Origin: Eledone cirrhosa
Taxonomy: Eukaryota
DNA length: 64,000 nt
Direction: 5' to 3'
NCBI GenBank assembly: GCA_964016885.1
Contig: OZ024752.1
Span: forward strand, 20,212,001 to 20,276,000
Part shown: positions 11,276-24,699 of the stretch, piece after piece
Numbering within the stretch: the first letter of the stretch is position 1
Layout: each line of letters begins with the position of its first letter
Notes under the pieces: generated by a model
What the model saw: the letters and a program-made list of their open reading frames with translations, nothing else
The model's database searches: none
What the model was told of the DNA's origin: nothing
Program-made: the position numbers and the translations under genes

Positions 11276-14200
11276 AAAAAAAAGAAGAAAAAAGAAAAGA
11301 AAAAAAGAAATATATATATATATATATACATACATATATACACACACATACATACACATACACATATACACACACATACATTAATAACAATAACAATAAT
11401 AATAATAGCAATAATAATAATAACGACAACAACAATAATAATATACATATTAATATATATATACACACACACGCACGCACATAAGCATATCTACACACAC
11501 ACACACACACACACGATAGCAACTAACAGTGCTGCGATCGAATGTGGCTTTTTAGCCCAGCCAATGATCTAAAATGTCTTGCACAGAGTCGGCAACCAAA
11601 ACATTCACTGGGAATAGTCGGCTGTGGTGTCAGCAGAGATGTTAGTGTCTTTCAAAGAGGCTTTCAATGAATCCTTATACCTCTTTTTTGGTTTAGGTGG
11701 CAGTCGTTTTCCTTTAACCAACTCTCCATAGAAGAGTTGTTTTGGTATTCTAGAATCCTTCATCCTGGCAAGGTGACCACTCCAACGGAGTCGTTGCTTA
11801 AGCACAAGAGCTTCTATACTGTCACACATAGAGCTTTCCAAAATCTCGACATCACTGATGTGGTCCCTCCAGTGAACGCCATGGATCCGTCTGAGACACA
11901 TCTGATGGAAACGCTCCAATTGCTTAAGGTGGCGTCGATATGTGACCCAGGTCTCGCAGGCATAAAGAAGACAAGAGAGTACACATGCCCTGTACACCTT
12001 TACCTTTGTCCTCCTGCATATGTCTCGCCGACCCCAGAGTCGCCTTTCTAGCTTTCCGAAAGCATCACTTGCTTTCCTAATCCTAAGTGAGATTTCACTG
12101 TCACGGTTGCCGTATCGATTGACAGTGCTTCCCAGGTAGACAAACTGATCAACCACTCCAAGTCGTTTGCCATACACATAGATGTTTGGTTCAGTGTACT
12201 GCTTACTAGGGGCAGGTTGGTACATGACGACGGTTTTCTTGAGACTGACAGTCAAACCCAGGGCAGTGCAAGCGTCAGAAAATGCATTCAAAATGTGCTG
12301 CATATCACTCTCTGTGTGCGCTACAAGATCGCAATCATCTGCATACAAGAGGTCTCTTATGACTGATGTAAATACTTTTGTCTTCGCAGCAAAGCGCCTG
12401 ATGTTAAATATGCTGCCTGAGGTTCGATATCGGATGTAAACACCATGCTCGCAATTCCTGAATGCAATACAGAAAACCATTGCAAAGTATATGGCAAACA
12501 GGGTCGGTGCTGGAATATCCCCCTGTTTCACTCCATTTTTTACTGAGATAGGCTCCGACATGTTACCTCCGACATTAACCCAAGCCTTCATGTCGTCATG
12601 GAAAGACCTAACTAAAGCAAGGAACTTATCAGGGCAACCAAGTTTCTGGAGAACCTTCCATAATGCATCTCTGTTGACAGTATCGAAAGCCTTTGTCAGA
12701 TCGACAAAAACCTGATACAGATCCAAGCCTTGTTCAATGCACTTCTCCTGGAGCTGTCTAGCTGAGAAGATCATATCAGTAGTGCCGCGTCCAGCACGAA
12801 AACCAGATTGACTTTCAGGAAGGACACAATCTGCAATGTGTGTCAGCAGACGGTCCAGAAGCACCCTACATAAAACTTTCCCTATGACAGAAAGCAATGA
12901 TATACCTCTGTAGTTCCCACAATCATTGCTGTTACCCTTTCCCTTGTACAAGACCACCATTACTGCATCTCTCCAGTCCTCAGGCACGGATTCATTAGCC
13001 CATATCCTTCCAAACAAAGAGTGAAGATGTTGCAGGAGTCTCTCACCACCATATTGTAGGAGCTCAGCATGTATGCCATCCATACCTGGAGATCTTCCAC
13101 TGTTCAGCTTCGAAATAGCCACTGCAACCTCCACAAGCGTCGGAGGTTCTGTGAGAGCTACTTTCACAGGACTTTCCGGAATGAGATTGAGGAAATCTTC
13201 ACTGACGACAGACGGCTGATTCAAAAGATCATCAAAGTGCTCTCGCCACCTTCGTAGAATTCCCTGTGAGTCACGAAGAAGTTCTTTGCCATCCTTGCTG
13301 CGAATCGGTGTCACCAGAGAAGAAGACGGTCCATAAATCTCACGCAAGAGACTGTACAACAGCTTTGTGTTATTGCAATCAGACGCAGTTTGTATCTCAC
13401 CAGCCTTCTCACTCCACCACTTATCCTTCATCTGAGAAAGACTCCGCCTAACACGTGATTTTACATCCCTGAGCTCCTCATGCAACGTATTCCTCTCCTG
13501 TGGTTTTGTCGTCAAATAGCGTGACAGAGCACGCCTCTTATCAGCCAACAAGTCTTCTATATGTACATCATTCTCATTAAACCAGTCCTGATGTTTTCTC
13601 TGCACCAATCCCAGAACACGTCTGCCTACATCATAAACCAACTTTTTAAGGGTCGGCCAATCCTCACCAAGATCTGCAGCCTGCATCTCTTCTTCCAATG
13701 TCCTCTTCACATTTTTATCCTTAAGACGAGCAGCATTCAATCTTTTGGGCAGGGTAACACCAGGAGCCCGGATTTTACGTTTGGTGATTAGATTCACTTT
13801 TGCGCGTACCAGGTGGTGGTCCGTCCAGCACTCAGCTCCACAAAGAACACGAACACACTGCACATCCTGTCTGTCACGCATCCTGACTAGGACGTAGTCC
13901 AAAAGATGCCATTCCTTAGATGCAGGATGCATCCATGTGGTCTTGAATTTGTTCTTTTGTTGGAACATGGTGTTGGTAACACACAGATCCAGCTCCTCAC
14001 ACATCTGCAGCAGGAGCATACCATTGTTGTTACACTTTCCCACCCCATGCCTTCTGATTACATTCCATGTGTTAAAATCCCTACCCACTCTAGCATTAAA
14101 GTCACCAAGCACGATGACTTTGTCTGCCTGAGGGATATTTCTTAGAACACCTTTCAAGGCATGGTAAAAGGACAGTTTTTCTTCATCGACAGAATTCATA

Positions 14201-15045
14201 GTTGGAGCATACACACTCACCAGGGTAGCATATCTTCCCTTGTCCAGCGGAACTCTCATGGACATAAGACGCTCACTAATCCCTACTGGGAATTCTTCTA
14301 ATTTGTTCACAAGTACAGTCTTAACAGCAAATCCTACCCCAGCCTCTCTTCTGGTTCCTTCATCTCTTCCTTTCCAGAAGAATGTATATTCTCCACAAAA
14401 TTCCGTAAGATGACCATCTCCAGCTAACCTCGTCTCAGATAAAGCCACGATGTCAAGATCGTAACGTCGAAGCTCCTTTGCAACAAGAGCGGTCCTTCGT
14501 TCAGGACGCTCCAAAGAATCCCTGTCAAGCAGCGTCCGTACGTTCCAGCAGCCAAGACTAAATGCCCTGTTTGGCTCTATTACAATGGCACGATGACGGG
14601 CGGGCCCAGGTTGTGATAACTTGGGGCCCCTGCCCTTATTGCCAATGATCTTTTTTGTTCCAGAACCTAAATTGGCAATTATCTCGTTTACATTGTTCTG
14701 GAACATCATTGAATTGGTAAAAAAAAAAAAAAAAAAAAAAAGTAATAATAATAGTAATAATAATAATAATAGTACACTATTAATAATTATTAATGCACTC
14801 GTGCAATGCCTGTGCGTGACGAATATTTTTAAAGTGAGGAAAGACTGTGCACTGAATCAATCCCACTCTCTGAGCGACAGTAGCTATAACCCGAAAAGAA
14901 GAAAAGATCAACATCATCGGTAACTACTGAGCCGCAGGTTTTATATCGGAGTTAACCCAGTTTCCTGAGATGCCTTCTCCTAGAAGAATGCCCTGACAAG
15001 GGCTAGGGGTTCTTCACTCCCAGTGGTTTAACTGCGCGATCGAGC
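11191..15045 (-). mobile_element. Near full-length RTE-BovB-like LINE
   Basis: ORF 11605-14709 with APE (WNVRTL, LSETR, GDFNA, TDH) and RT (DLTKAFD, GVKQG, LYADD); out-of-frame C-terminal C2H2 at about 11525-11600; 3' end 11191-11230 before an (ATGT)n tail; 5' UTR-like block 14770-15045. Confidence 0.9.
11605..14709 (-). CDS. RTE ORF: AP endonuclease plus reverse transcriptase, about 1030 aa, C-terminus lost by frameshifting deletion
   Basis: Uninterrupted frame with the APE and RT motifs listed for the element. Confidence 0.88.
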   Translation of the reverse strand: MMFQNNVNEIIANLGSGTKKIIGNKGRGPKLSQPGPARHRAIVIEPNRAFSLGCWNVRTLLDRDSLERPERRTALVAKELRRYDLDIVALSETRLAGDGHLTEFCGEYTFFWKGRDEGTRREAGVGFAVKTVLVNKLEEFPVGISERLMSMRVPLDKGRYATLVSVYAPTMNSVDEEKLSFYHALKGVLRNIPQADKVIVLGDFNARVGRDFNTWNVIRRHGVGKCNNNGMLLLQMCEELDLCVTNTMFQQKNKFKTTWMHPASKEWHLLDYVLVRMRDRQDVQCVRVLCGAECWTDHHLVRAKVNLITKRKIRAPGVTLPKRLNAARLKDKNVKRTLEEEMQAADLGEDWPTLKKLVYDVGRRVLGLVQRKHQDWFNENDVHIEDLLADKRRALSRYLTTKPQERNTLHEELRDVKSRVRRSLSQMKDKWWSEKAGEIQTASDCNNTKLLYSLLREIYGPSSSLVTPIRSKDGKELLRDSQGILRRWREHFDDLLNQPSVVSEDFLNLIPESPVKVALTEPPTLVEVAVAISKLNSGRSPGMDGIHAELLQYGGERLLQHLHSLFGRIWANESVPEDWRDAVMVVLYKGKGNSNDCGNYRGISLLSVIGKVLCRVLLDRLLTHIADCVLPESQSGFRAGRGTTDMIFSARQLQEKCIEQGLDLYQVFVDLTKAFDTVNRDALWKVLQKLGCPDKFLALVRSFHDDMKAWVNVGGNMSEPISVKNGVKQGDIPAPTLFAIYFAMVFCIAFRNCEHGVYIRYRTSGSIFNIRRFAAKTKVFTSVIRDLLYADDCDLVAHTESDMQHILNAFSDACTALGLTVSLKKTVVMYQPAPSKQYTEPNIYVYGKRLGVVDQFVYLGSTVNRYGNRDSEISLRIRKASDAFGKLERRLWGRRDICRRTKVKVYRACVLSCLLYACETWVTYRRHLKQLERFHQMCLRRIHGVHWRDHISDVEILESSMCDSIEALVLKQRLRWSGHLARMKDSRIPKQLFYGELVKGKRLPPKPKKRYKDSLKASLKDTNISADTTADYSQ

Positions 15046-15073
15046 ATACATACATATACATACATACATACAT

Positions 15074-15104
<31 letters not shown>

Positions 15105-15119
15105 CATACATATATATAA

Positions 15120-18100
15120 AATAACCTTCCTGCTCCCTACTATTCTTCACCCCCCTCCCCTATACATCGTATACGCGCCTGCTGGCTCTCTCTCAATCCC
15201 ATCCCTCTTCAAACATAAAATAAACTTGTTGCGGGGTGCGAAACTCAGAATTTGTCGACCCCTATTCTTGGCTACATCGCTCGCTCTTCTGTGTAATGTA
15301 ATGTACGAATCCTATTTTTCTTGTCTCTCCATCTTCACCGGTCCATTCATCTATCTGTATCACCAATCTTTTCTTTTTCAATGCTATTCGATAATTCTGT
15401 CTGATCGTTTAAAATAATCTTCATGTAATTTAAAATCCCATAATTCTTCTCTTATTACAGTTATATGCTCGTTCGATTATGGCCAAAATTTGTGGATTTT
15501 ATTTTATAACCTTCTCACTAACTACCCCAGATCCCTGAATGTAGGCACCTTAAAAGGCCGCTCTAACGAGGTTGTAGAAATGCTTGAATGTAAGGAGGTT
15601 GATGTTTGCTGTATTCAAGAAACCAGGTGGAGGGATGGGTCTGCTAGATTCATTGTGGGTAAAAAACGATGTTATAAGCTTTTCTGGGTGGAAAATGACA
15701 ATGGGCTGGGTGGATAGGAATCATGGTAGCAGAAAAGTGGGCAGATAAGATAATAGACGTAAATAGAGTGAACGACAGACTAATTAAAATAAGACTTGTC
15801 CTCAATAGAACTGCGTATGCACCCCAATCCGGACTGCCTGGCGTTATAAAAGACGGATTCTATGAGTCGTTTATGCTCATTACCTCCCAAATAACCAACA
15901 GTGACTATATAATTATTGCTGGCGACCTCAATAGTCACGTTGGACAACACTGTGATGGCTATGACGGAATCCATGGAGGCTATGGGTTTGGTACTAGAAA
16001 TGAGGAAGGCTCCAGAATCCTGGAATTCTGTGACGCAAATAACCTAACTATCTGTAACACTAACTTCAAAAAACGAGACAATCACTAGATCAGGGGAACA
16101 CGCCAGTCAGATAGATTATATCCTTACCAGAAGACGTGACAGAGTGTATGTCGTAAACACTAAATCCCTCCCCCATGAAGAATGCACCTCCCAACATAGC
16201 CTCATAGTTAGCGACCTCATAGTCAGGACGAGACATACCTGACAACAGAGGAGGACTGTCCTCAGGAGAAAAATATGGAAGTTAAAGGATGCTTTTGACA
16301 GTAAGGAAGAGCAATTAGAGTTGTACAATATAGAGGAATTCCTGAAAGCTAACCTGCTGAAGGCCACAGATGAAATCTGTGGCTGGAGCAGACCTATAGG
16401 CAGGAGGAGAGTAACATGGTGGTGGAATAGTAAGGTGGAGGAGTCGATCAAGGCCAAAAAGCAGGCTTGGAAAGTATGACAGGATGGGGGAAGTAGAGAA
16501 GACTATCAAGTGGCCAGGGGGGAAGCTAGGAGACAAGTGTACCTTGCAAGAAGGGAAGCAGAGGAAAGAAAGTTCAAGCATGTTCTACAACGCGAGGACC
16601 AAAAACGTGAGGTGTTCAGGATTGCTAGGCAATGTGTCAAGGAAAAATGATATTGTCGGGGAGAAGTGTGGAGATGATGGTGTACTGGCCATCACTGACG
16701 CTGATAAGAAGGTAGCTCGGAAGTGTCACTACGAAAGGCTACTAAATTAGAAGAATAAATGTGAGAAAGAAAGTCTCTCCCACATCGATCCAATAGAGGG
16801 ACCAGCAGTGCTAGTTGAAGGTAGTATAATAAGTAAGGCAATGAAAGATATGAAGACGGTGGGACACACTATGGTCACCCGGATAGTAAACCAAGTCATA
16901 CAGAATGGGGTCGTACCAAAGGACTGGCATAGCATCATCATCATTAACTGCTACAAGGGTAAAGGAGATGCCCTAGATAGGGGAAACTATAGAGGCATTA
17001 AATTAATTGACCAGGTCATGAAGGTCACAGAAAAAGTAATAGCGCAACTAATCAGAGAGCGAATTGATCTAGATGAAATGCAGTTTGGGTTTGTGTCAGG
17101 TAAAAGTATCACAGACGCTCTTTTCATTGTACGACAACTACAGGAGAAGTACCTAGCTAAAAGTAAACCTCTATACTTAGATTTCATTGACTTGGAGAAA
17201 GCCTTTGACCATTATCTGGTGGGCCCTTAGAAAACTAGGGTTGATGAATGGCTTGTGAGAGCTATACAAGCCATGTATAAAGAAACAGTCAGCAAGGTTA
17301 GAATTAACAACGAATATAGTAAAGAGTTTAGCGTAAAAGTTGGTGTTCATCAGGGCTCCGTCCTTAGCCCCCTCCTATTTATTATCGCCCTCCAAGCTAT
17401 AACGGAGGAGTTCAAGACCGGCTGTCCATGGGAATTTCTATACGCAGATGATCTAACGCTTATAACCGAATCAATGGCCGAACTAGAGAAGAAATTCCAA
17501 ACATGGAAGCATGGCCTAGAATCAAAAGGCCTTAAAATTAACTTGTCTAAGACTAAAGTTCTAATATGTAGAAAGGAGAATAGGGCACTGGTCCCATCTG
17601 GGAAATGGCCATGCTCAGTGTGTAGGAAAGGAGTAGGCAGAAACTCCATTTTATGTCCCAAATGTAAAGTATGGGTACATAAAAGATGTAGTGGGATCAC
17701 AGGTAAGCTAACTAAGAACATAGATTTTATCTGTGGCCGGTGCTCTGGTGCAATAAGTAACAGCAAATGCCCACAGAATACTAGCTCATTCCATTGCCCA
17801 GTTGATTTTATAGAAATAGTGGACACCTTCCGTTACCTGGATGACAAAATCAGCAGTGGTGTAAGGTGCTCCGAAAGTACTGTAGCTAGAGTCAGAATGG
17901 GATGGAAAAAGTTCAGAGAGCATATACCACTATTGGCCGCTAAAGGTTTCTCTCTAAAAATGAAAGGCAGGCTGTATGATGCCTGCATATGAACAGCGAT
18001 GTTACATGGCAGTGAGACATGGGCCTTGTGTGCAGAGGATCTATGCAGACTGGAGAGGAACGAAGCTTGCATGCTCCGTTGGATGTGTAATAGTAATATA

Positions 18101-18755
18101 CGTGAACGGCAAAGCATAAATGAACTAAGTGAGAAATTAGGAATAAGAGGGATCAGATGCTGTTTACTCGAGAGAAGACTATGTTGGTATGGTCACGTGA
18201 TGCGCATGAAAGACGACAGCTGTATAAAAAAGTGCAGGGCAATCAAAATAGACCGTAGCTACGGAGTAGGCAGACCTAGAAAAACCGCGGACAACTTGAT
18301 AAAATCCGACCTCACACACTTACACCTCCCCAAGACAATGTCACTGGACCGAGATCTTTGGCGCTACGCAGTAATACAGAAGACCCACCTTGCCTAAGTA
18401 CAAAGCGAAACCTAGTCAGTAGGCACCTCTTAACCAAAATACATCCCCGTCCCACTACCCCTACCCCCACCACCTCTTTCGATGTAAAGCTATGTTGGTA
18501 CCACAACATCCAGTCCTAAATAAATGAGGTCGTGTAGGTGTCACGACAAAAAAACACACAGTCCACGCTGTAATGTGGCCGTGTAGGTAACATGGTAAAA
18601 ACCTCCCAGTCCACACTGTAAACGTGGTTGGTGTTAGGAAGGGCATCCAGCCATAGAAAACCTGCCAGACAGTTCCGAGCAAGACAACCAATCTTGCCTC
18701 AAGTGGAATAATTCCCGTCCAGACCCATGCTAGCGTGGAAGATGGACGTTAAATT
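15120..18755 (+). mobile_element. Decayed RTE LINE (family A, PHD-containing) with 5' and 3' UTR
   Basis: APE and RT fragments with many stops and frameshifts; 5' UTR similar to the reverse complement of 47040-47230; 3' UTR similar to 55570-55850. Confidence 0.9.
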
Positions 18756-19883
18756 GCAATAATAATATTCAGAATAATAGTACCGTTCCAAACAACAACT
18801 CCAGAAAATGTAACTGTAGAATTAAATCAAACTGCCCTTTACAAAATAATTGCTTAGACAAAAACATAATTTATAAATGCACAGTTAAAACTAGGGACAA
18901 AGTATTTAACTATATTGGTGCCACTTCTACAAAATTCAAAGAACGCTGGTATAACCATAAACACGCATTTAAGAAATCCGATAAAAATCTTCCACTTCAC
19001 TTTCACATTTAATTTGGAACTTAAAAGACAACAATATAGACTATTCAATATCTTGGAGAACGATTTCGAAAGCAGCTGCATACTGAAATATGGCTTTCTC
19101 GAGATTCTGTAACTTGTGTATCGAGGAAATTTTTTATATAATTAATTGTCAAAACTCTATTAATCTTAAAACAGAATTATTTTCTTCTTGCAGCCATCGC
19201 CAAAATTCCACTTTCAGAAGTATTTTTAATTTATGATCCTATTTTCTTTAAAACTTAAATGTAAATTTTTTTTTAAATGATCTTCCTTCTTAATTTTTCT
19301 ACTTTTTTTAATATTTCTACTATTTTTACCTTTTGACATTAATTGTTTACTTTTTTTTAATATAAAATTTTTTTTTAATATATATATTTTTTTATATTTT
19401 TTACTTCTGACATTTTTTTAGATGTAGTTTGATAATCTTTAATTGATATTCTGAAAATTTATCTCTTTACGAGAGTTCTTCGAAATGCACATTACGTTTT
19501 TCCTCTCAAACTTTTACACATCTTTCGACTAAAATAATTAATGTCACACAAAATAATATATAATTTTCTCTATATATTTTCTGAATAAATCATTCATCAA
19601 ATTTAATGGTTAACAAACAAGATTGGAATTATCTTTCCCTTTTCAATTGTGCAAACATAAACATGATATAATAATATGTATGATAAACTATATAACTTTG
19701 CTAAATTAACAATATTCTGAAAACATTTTCAATGTTGGAACAAAATATTTGAATCTACAAATTGTTCTCCTCTTACAACTTGAATCACCTGTTTTTTTTA
19801 TGTAAAATGCAATATCAACATCCTTCGTAACTCATATTAAAAATATAAACAACTAATAATTGTAAACTATTTCTATTTCAATA

Positions 19884-20265
19884 ATCATCATCATCATTCG
19901 TTGACTACTGTCGAGATGATGGATCTCACTCTCATGCCCCAGAATTCCCTGTCCCCCATCGCTGCCCCCAGGTCCTGTCTACTGATTCCCGTATCCCTGG
20001 AGATAACGTCAGGGAATGACAGCCTCCTACTCCTAGTCAGGCTGGAGTCAGGATTCCAGAGCAAGAGAGCGGATATGATTTCATTGCTGGCACGGTGACA
20101 GTGGCCAGCAAATTGAGCTCTCTGGGATTTTAGAAGGGCAGAGGCTCGAGGGAGTTTGCCATAGATTTTAGACAAGGTGGGATGTCGTTTCCAGGATAGG
20201 TTTTGCACTCTCATTAAGAGGCGGGTATATGTGCCATCCAATCTCCTCTCAAGTTGTGATTTCAA
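19884..20265 (-). mobile_element. 3' fragment of an RTE-type LINE nested in the Penelope 3' region
   Basis: RRLDGTYTRLLMRVQNLSWKRHPT...FAGHCHR; (GAT)n tail at 19884-19896. Confidence 0.85.
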
Positions 20266-20727
20266 TAATACTTATACTTGCACAATTATTAATCTATATA
20301 GATATTTATATACTTATAACCTGTTGTAAGGTAATAAGATAAAATATACTTACAACCATAATTCTTCATATAATATAATTGATTATATATACAATATTAT
20401 AACTCATAATATAGGTAAATAAAAATAAATTCTGGAATAATATTCCAACATTCACCCAAATTGTTAATTCCTTTTAAATTAACGTAAATACAAGCTCTTC
20501 TTCCTTTTTCTTCTTCCTACATACATATATCCTAATTATTTAAATTCTGCATAGCATCTAAAATAACGGGGTTTTTTTCAGCCCTATACCTCAACCTCAT
20601 TTGCATACTCATCTTAATAATTTGAAATATCTGACTTTTCTTCTCTTATCCCTTCACTATCCAAGGAAAAGTTGAACCGTTAAGGTATCTTTCCTTGGTT
20701 ATGTCAAAATTTATAAAACAAACTTTG

Positions 20728-20788
20728 TATTTTATCTGATGAAAGTGTACCAAAGTTTTGGTACCCTTGAAATATATATAATAGAATA
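20728..20788 (+). ncRNA. Type I hammerhead ribozyme motif (family 1)
   Basis: tattttat-CTGATGA-aagtgtaccaa/ttggtaccctt-GAAA-tatata-TA-atagaata. Confidence 0.75.
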
Positions 20789-21378
20789 AATATGGTTTTA
20801 TAAATATAGTTTCCATTTATTTAATATCATTGTATATATATATATATATATATATAACGAAGGAAATGTGGTAAGGAACCAGGTGGACCATAACGCACCA
20901 AAGTACTCAATACTTAGGGTAGTAGAGTGGGTAATAGGAACGAGTAGGACCCCGACGGCTGAGCTCAAGCCGTCGAAACGGCTTGAGCTCAGCCGTCGGG
21001 GTCCTACTCGTTCCTATATATATATATATTTATATATACATACATACATATACATATATATCTATATATATATACATATATATATACATACATACATACA
21101 TATACATATATATCTATATATATATACATATATATATACATACATACATATACATATATATTTATATATATACATACATACATATACATATATATATACA
21201 TACATACATACATACATATACATATATATATATACATACATACATATATATATTTATATATATATACATACATACATATACATATTTATATATATATACA
21301 TACATACACATATTTATATATATATACATACATACATATACATATACATCTCTCTATATATATACATACATACATATA

Positions 21379-22254
21379 CAGGGTGCGGACGATATTTGTT
21401 CACAAGATTACTGTCTAGGAAAATATAACACAGTAGTTTTATTTTTTAAGATATATTTATCAAACTTCGGTCAGTTTGTCTTCATGACTTGTTCTTTCGA
21501 TCTCACTCAATAAACCCGCCATTGGCTTTGATGACGGCCTGAAGATGGCAGGGAACTGGCTACAGGTCTTCGTCATGGTCCCCCGACTTAGGCCTCTAAA
21601 GACACTTGTGATCCTGGCCTTCAGATCGTTTTTCGTATTGCAGCTAGATCTGTTGGTGTCTCGTTCCACTGCGACCCACACAAAGAAATCGAGGGGATTG
21701 CAGTCAGGCGAGCTGGGAGGCCAGATGTCAGGTGAAGTATGGTCGACGAAGTTCTCTGACAGCCAGGCTTGGGTCTTTCGGCTGGTATGGCAGGGCGATG
21801 AGTCTTGCTGCCACACGTACGGCCTACCTGCAGCTACCTGGTCGATCCAAACCTTTACTACTTCGCTCAGAACGCGGTGTTCAGCTTGAGGCCCCCAGGG
21901 AAGAAGTGAGGTGGCATGATGTCACCTTGACTACTGACGACACACAAGACCAATGTTGTCGCTGGAAACTGTCTGCCTGACTCTGGGCACGTCTTTGGAT
22001 GAGACAGCGAGCCACCTTTTGTTCTGTGAGTTGATCTTCTGGTCTTATTTGTCCTCCCGGCACGGATTCCAAGAAGAACTCCGTGTCTCTTCCACAAATT
22101 TGGAGGTTCAACATTTTTCATAATCAATTATTGTGAAAATAAATAATGGAAATATAGTCACTGTTTTTATGAAGACAAGAGTGACAACAGAAGTAAAAAA
22201 TATTTGCATAAACTTTGCAGTTGAAAATTGCGAACAAATATCGTCCACACCCTG
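21379..22254 (-). mobile_element. Internally deleted DD37D/maT transposon, same family as 2748-4042
   Basis: Same TIRs and TA TSD; WQQDSSPCH and WPPSSPDCNPLD. Confidence 0.92.
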
Positions 22255-22553
22255 TACATATCTATATATATACATACATATACATATATATATATATTCA
22301 TATATATATATATATACATATATATATAAACATACACATATATATATACATATACACATACACATATATATATACACATACACATATATATATATACACA
22401 TACACATATATATATACATATAAGTAGAAGTATTTAAATTGTTGGAAGTCCGACAAACAAATGTTTATAACTGATTTAGAGCACTCAACAGTTTACTTGA
22501 GTAAATATTCAATGATATTAAATAAATGGAAACTATATTTATAAAACCATATT

Positions 22554-22618
22554 TATTTTATTATATATATTTCAAGGGCAACCAAGACAACATTGGAACG
22601 CTTTCATCAGATAAAATA
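22554..22618 (-). ncRNA. Hammerhead motif (family 1, inverted copy)
   Basis: Near-exact reverse complement of 22694-22758; CTGATGA and GAAA intact. Confidence 0.72.
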
Positions 22619-22693
22619 CAAACTATCCAGTGAATATCCAACCAATAAAGTATGATTTTCATGGGTACATCTCTATTTATAAAAAAAACTTTG

Positions 22694-22758
22694 TATTTTA
22701 TCTGATGAAAGCGTACCAATGTTGTCTTGGTTGCCCTTGAAATATATATAATAAAATA
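22694..22758 (+). ncRNA. Hammerhead motif (family 1)
   Basis: tattttat-CTGATGA-stem II-GAAA-tatata-TA-ataaaata; perfect 8-bp stem I. Confidence 0.75.
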
Positions 22759-22802
22759 AATATGGTTTTATAAATATAGTTTCCATTTATTTAATATCAT
22801 TG

Positions 22803-24271
<1,469 letters not shown>

Positions 24272-24457
24272 TAATAAGAGGAATTCCAACTTTGTCTGAT
24301 TTACTCGTTTTATTTACAATCCTTTAAAATATATAATGGTATTATAATGAAATAGTATGATAGAATATTAAATTCTAAGTGTTAATTGAACAAGTACTTT
24401 CATGCTTTCGCATTTTCAACTGTGAAAATTGCAAACTCGACTGTCACCACATATTAT

Positions 24458-24494
24458 GAACCTGAAGATTGCGAAAGCATGAAAGTACTTGTTC
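24458..24494 (+). ncRNA. Hammerhead motif (family 2)
   Basis: gaac-CTGAAGA-t tgc gaaa gca t-GAAA-gtac-TT-gttc; palindromic aagtactt stem III. Confidence 0.65.
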
Positions 24495-24665
24495 AATTAA
24501 TACTTAGAATTTAATATTCTATCATACTATTTCATTATAATACCATTATATATTTTAAAGGATTGTAAATAAAACGAGTAAATCAGACAAAGTTGGAATT
24601 CCTCTTATTAATATAATCTTCTATACACAATCATACACACCCGTGTATATTTACCTATCTATATC

Positions 24666-24699
<34 letters not shown>

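Larger units (their letters stand above)
18760..20832 (+). mobile_element. Penelope-like element 3' part (Naiad-type GIY-YIG, AT-rich 3' region, hammerhead)
   Basis: Manual translation of about 18790-19230: CNCRIKSNCPLQNNC (CxCx5Cx5C), IIYKCTV...NYIGATSTKFKERWYNH...FCNLCIEE...CSHR, frameshifted; hammerhead at 20728-20788; ends at a TA tract. Confidence 0.8.

Noticed and set aside
19075-19095. In-frame TGA in the Naiad-like endonuclease as selenocysteine
   Set aside because: It aligns to a non-Cys position in the 61.8-kb relative and the copy is frameshifted; the stop at 51471 in the other element is TAA.
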